From: Cercozoa sp. M6MM
Taxonomy: Eukaryota; Protista; Endomyxa: Ascetosporea
Length of the DNA: 63,998 nt
Strand: one strand, 5' to 3'
Assembly: GCA_040357565.1 (NCBI GenBank)
Contig: JBDODJ010000006.1
The notes under the pieces are model-generated. The model was given only the letters and a program-made list of their open reading frames with translations. It did no database searches and had not been told where the DNA came from. The position numbers and the translations under genes are program-made. Of this stretch, positions 58,673-63,998 are shown in pieces. Each line of letters opens with the position of its first letter. Positions within the stretch are counted from its first letter, which is position 1.

Positions 58673-60076
58673 TCAGTTAACGGGCGTAAAAGCTTCATTC
58701 TCTGAGTCATGTCGGGCGAGTGGCGAGTCGTCGTCTGCACGAAACGAGGTCTCCAATTGTTTGGACAGCTACAAAAGCGAGAGAAATGTTTTAAAGTACC
58801 ATCGTCGTCAGGCAGATCAGCGCCAAAGCGAGGCGACTGTGTCGGGTGATGGTCCGCGTTTCGCGGTGTCGGATTGAGGCGAGTGCGCGCTGCGACGATC
58901 TCGTCGACATCGGCGAGTCGCAGCAGCGTGGGAACAAAGGCGAGCGAGCGACGTCGCTTCTGCTTGGCCGGACTACCGACAGCACCGCAGGGGCCGTTGC
59001 TCTTGTCGGCCAGTGCCTTGACAGCAACAGGAGAAACTGCAGTTTCCTCTGCTGAGTCGAGTGACTCGGTGTCGGTGTCAGTATCGACAGGACTGGCTAT
59101 CGTAGAGTCGGCGGACTCACCGATAGAAACCAAGTCAGTGGCCAGGTCGTCTGCCCTTGGCGACGGGGACCGGGAGGTCCGTGATGTCTGCACAGTGACA
59201 CAGGTGTCTGTGCGAGCCATGTGCACAACCGTGCTGGGCTCGCCGTCGCTCTCGACAGCAGCGTCAATTTCGGAGTAGGCCAGCTTGGTCTCAGACAACT
59301 CGAGTCGCAGCTGTCGCAGCGTGCTGCGATTCAGGCCGAGCGAGACGGCACTCGGCGTCGAGCGGCGTCGCGGCGACTTGAGCGACGTTGCCAGGCCGAG
59401 CGACTCGGTGCGGATCGCCGGCGGCCGCTCGTCCGACGTGGCGTCGGCCTTGACCGACTTGCGTCCGCGCGAACGACTGCGCGAACGACTGCGACTGCGC
59501 GAGCGACTGCGCGCACGCTGCAGTAGGTCGCCAAGACCACTGAGCGCACTCCGGATGCGCGAGCGTCGTCGCTTTGGCGCAATCACTGCAGTCTGCACAA
59601 GAGAGGGTCTGTCTATACGAACCTGAGGAATAGGCAAGTGTACAGCATTCGGCGGCAACACTTCAGCCGTGGCAAATTCGCGTCGCTCGGCGTCCATGTC
59701 GTGCTCGGTATCATCGATGCTCGGCACGCTGTCTTCGGTCTCGTTTGCAATCTGTATCAGAAGGGCACATCATAGACAGGGCACTGACTGGGGCTGGGGG
59801 GCAGGTACCGTAGGCACGTGGAAGACGGCATTGCGAACGGAGCGACGTCGCGCCGAACGGCGTCTCCGCATGCCGCCAAAGGAGCCCAGAATAGCCTGAA
59901 CAAGTACACATAGTATTGAAAGTTATGAGAGGTATAGGAGACTAAGTGTACCTTGGGGAAACGCTCAGCCAGACGCTCGCGAATGGCTTCCGAGATCTTG
60001 TGCACCGAGGCCGACGTGATCGAGTTACGCCGACGACCTGTCTCTGTGCACAGCAATCGAGATGGTAGAGGTACGC

Positions 60077-60129
<53 letters not shown>

Positions 60130-61747
60130 ACACACATACACACACACACACATACACACACAGTTAAACCCAACGTACTGTCGGTCGAGGTGCGCACAGC
60201 ATTGGCGAACTCGCACAGTTCGTCAAGGAAGCGCAGACTGCGCAGCGAGCGCTCCGACAGACGACGCTGGTGCTGCCGCATGGCGCGGTCGGTCTCCTCG
60301 ACCTCCATGATCTGCTCGACACCAAGACCCTTCCTACAGAGAACTCTACATGAGCCCCAGCAGACCAACAACTAACAGACCAGAGAGGCATACAATACCG
60401 CAGCAGATCGGCGGTGCGTTGTGCCAGTGCGGCATCGTCATCACCAACCGCCAGATTAATGGAAAGCGTCTCTTCCGCCGGCATGCCATCGTCGGCCAGG
60501 TTGCCCTGTAAGGTACACAGTAAGCCACATAAAAAACACAACTTGGCGCTTTAAACTACTGCAGCAGTCGATCCAAGCAGAATGAACTGCACACACAAAC
60601 ATGATGTAGTAAGCACTTTGTGTTTGGAAAGATGAAAATACCAACTCCACAAACTCCAGCAGCGCGAACACGCCTTCCCAGGCCGGATGATCGTAGTTGC
60701 ACTGCATTTTCACCACGTGAAAAGTAAGTCCAATAACTCAAGCACACGCCTAAGGCTACCTTAAAGAGGCGCGAACGCGCAAGCAGAAGCGACAGCGAGG
60801 ATGATCTGAGGCGTGTAAATGCATGATCAGGAACATACAGACCTCATAAATACAAGTGTACAGGACTGCACGCAACACGAAAGCAGCGTCTGGCTGAGCC
60901 ACTGCACACTGCAAGCCACATGTATGCATGATACGCCGACCCTTCCCATCCTTCAGCATAGGATACGCGATACCTCCTTCTCGAGCACACCGATAGCATT
61001 GAAGACGTCCACCAGCACACGTCGCAGCGGCGGCAGAGCGAGTCGCTCGTCGTCCTGACGCATCACGATTTGCACGATAGCCGACGCGATCAGATTCACC
61101 AACAACGCCGGCAGTCGTGGCGTGGTGCGGGCGTCGTTCTGGAAAATACCAATAAGGCAACAGGTAGGATGAAAGTACAGATAAGAAAGCACCACACGCA
61201 CGTGTTGCCACCAGTCATTAGGCGCAGTGGAGGCCACTCTGTCCACGCAATAAAGGAACGTCAATGACATACACATCTGACACTCAAGGTACATACATGA
61301 GTGGAGCCAGTCGTCTGACCCAGTCACGGTGTGACACCATGTCGACCAGGAAGTGTTCACTGCGCTCGTCACCTGAGATGAGCGGGAAGCTCAGGTAGTC
61401 ACGAAAGGCAGCGGTCCACTTGCGCGACGGTAGCGCAGTCGTCAGTGCAGTCACGGTAGCGGCATAGTCACCAGCACACTGTCCAGGCAAAAGAAGTCCA
61501 CATGGGAAGTGAAAGATCGACGAAGGAAGGGTACGGCCCGCATGACACGACGATCGGCAGCGTCCAGTGCCACCTGCGCCGAGAAAGCGAAAACTGTCGC
61601 CGTCGGAGGCAGAGGCAAAGGCATGCCGGTACTGCCAGTGCCAACCTCCGGCAGTGAGCCTGCAGAACCGTTCGCGGACTGTCGCGCCGTGCGACGTCGA
61701 CGTAGACTGCCACGTCGCTCAGCAAAGCGCCCGATCATCGTGGACAT
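58673..61747 (-). CDS. Hypothetical protein: helical N-terminal region and disordered Ser/Arg-rich C-terminus with an RS run
   Basis: Multiple exons with GT-AG introns; long penultimate exon containing RSRSRSRSRSRSR. No family recognised. Confidence 0.55.
60078..60162. repeat. (CA)n microsatellite, intronic
   Basis: Direct reading. Confidence 0.9.
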
Positions 61748-62116
61748 CCTGCACGAAAGCAAACATGAGTTCCGAGTGGATACAATGGCACCCTGGGGAT
61801 CAATACCTTCCAATAAATATCAAACGGCAGAACAGGTGCAGACCACCCGCTGCGACCTTGCGAACAGTTCTGCCACTTAATGACCGTGAATCCTCCGGAC
61901 ACGGGGCTAAATCGGCTAAGGTGCTCCAGAGCTCGAAATAATCGGCGCCCTTTTCCTGACGGCCCGCCGCTTTAAGAAATTTTGACCAAGCTATTTTTGG
62001 CTGCTGCTTCGCCTGGGAGTCGCTTGATAGCAACAAAAACATTAGCGTGGTGAATCTCAATCGTTGAGCGCCTGGCGAGACTTCTCTCCAAGTCGAAGGT
62101 AATTTTCTCCTGAGCG

Positions 62117-62871
62117 ATGTCGGTGGAGTTCATCGACTACTACGCCGTCCTCGGCGTCGATGAGGAGGATGTTGACGTTTACGCACTCAATGCGAGAGAG
62201 ATCCGCCGTGCCTACCGTCAAAGGGCCAAGAAAGTGCATCCGGATCACAACAAGGTATGTTCTTTCCACTCACTCGTGTGATGAGTATTGTTGTTGCTGA
62301 CTGTTGATCGCTGCTGTAGTCACCTGACGCCGAGAAGGAATTTGCTGCCTTATACGCTGCGTTCGAAGTTCTCAGCGACGATGCAGAACGCGCAAAGTTT
62401 GACGCGTTGAGGCGGAGGAAAGACCAGCAGAAGGAGCTCTCGAAGGAACGAAACGCGCGACGAAAGGAGGCGATCGACGCACTGGCGCGACGCGAGGCAC
62501 AGGCCGCCCAAATGCGAGCTTACCGTGCTGGTACCCTGAGCAAGTGCATCCTTTTTCTTGTTTGTTTGAGTCCTCAACTGTGCGCAGGTGACGCTGCTTC
62601 GGCCAAGCGACAGCGCGAGTTGCAGCGCGAGCGACTGCGTGCCGAGCTGGACCGCTTCCGCGCCGAATTCCGCGAGGAAGAACAACTACGCACGCTGGCG
62701 GCGCAGCACGTGGCGGCACGACACCAAAGATCGCGTGATGAGCGAGAGAAGTGGACACCGGCACAGCGGGCCTTCTTAGAGGTGCGACCCTCGACAACGC
62801 CATTTAATCGGTACCAAAGTGACACGCTGCGTCGACTACAAGGCATGCCAGCGCCTCCGTCTGAGTCGTAA
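62117..62871 (+). CDS. J-domain protein, DNAJC17/Cwc23-like
   Basis: DYYAVLGV...IRRAYRQRAKKVHPDHNK...AFEVLSDDAERAKFD followed by a charged helix (RRKEAIDALARRE) resembling DNAJC17. Confidence 0.8.
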
Positions 62872-62942
62872 AGTTAATTTCTTTAACGATAAACACTCGC
62901 CTGTCGTTTGTGACCGGCCGCGGCCGGGCAGATAGCCTCGCC

Positions 62943-63998
<1,056 letters not shown>

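Overview
Gene-dense, intron-rich nuclear DNA from a microbial eukaryote; the taxon cannot be fixed from this window. The standard genetic code fits, with TAA, TAG and TGA all used as stops. About 24 protein-coding genes lie mostly in alternating orientation with short intergenic spacers. They are broken by many short (typically ~50-70 nt) GT-AG introns, several swollen by (CA/TG)n microsatellites that coincide with assembly gaps. Genes were spliced by hand, so boundaries are approximate. Recognisable genes: RMC1/Mic1, an FHA-adenylyl cyclase, a C2/two-pore K+ channel/EF-hand protein, NTF2, mitochondrial ferredoxin, Dopey, ceramide synthase, TPI, G-alpha, a BTB protein, a transcriptional cyclin, a SENP/Ulp1 protease, ARL8, IWR1/SLC7A6OS, a DNAJC17-like protein, PGM3 (partial) and a giant receptor-like membrane protein (partial). 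Most notable: (1) 5' splice sites with C/U at +4 and weak +5G, hinting at an altered U6/U1 recognition system; (2) a ceramide synthase with an animal-type homeodomain-like insert; (3) a C2 domain fused to a TPK-type channel; (4) a soluble FHA-adenylyl cyclase; (5) a degenerate PARP-like protein; (6) an intron that splits the NTF2 start codon; (7) a TTAAGGG motif shared by several bidirectional promoters. No tRNA, rRNA, CRISPR array or clear mobile element was seen.
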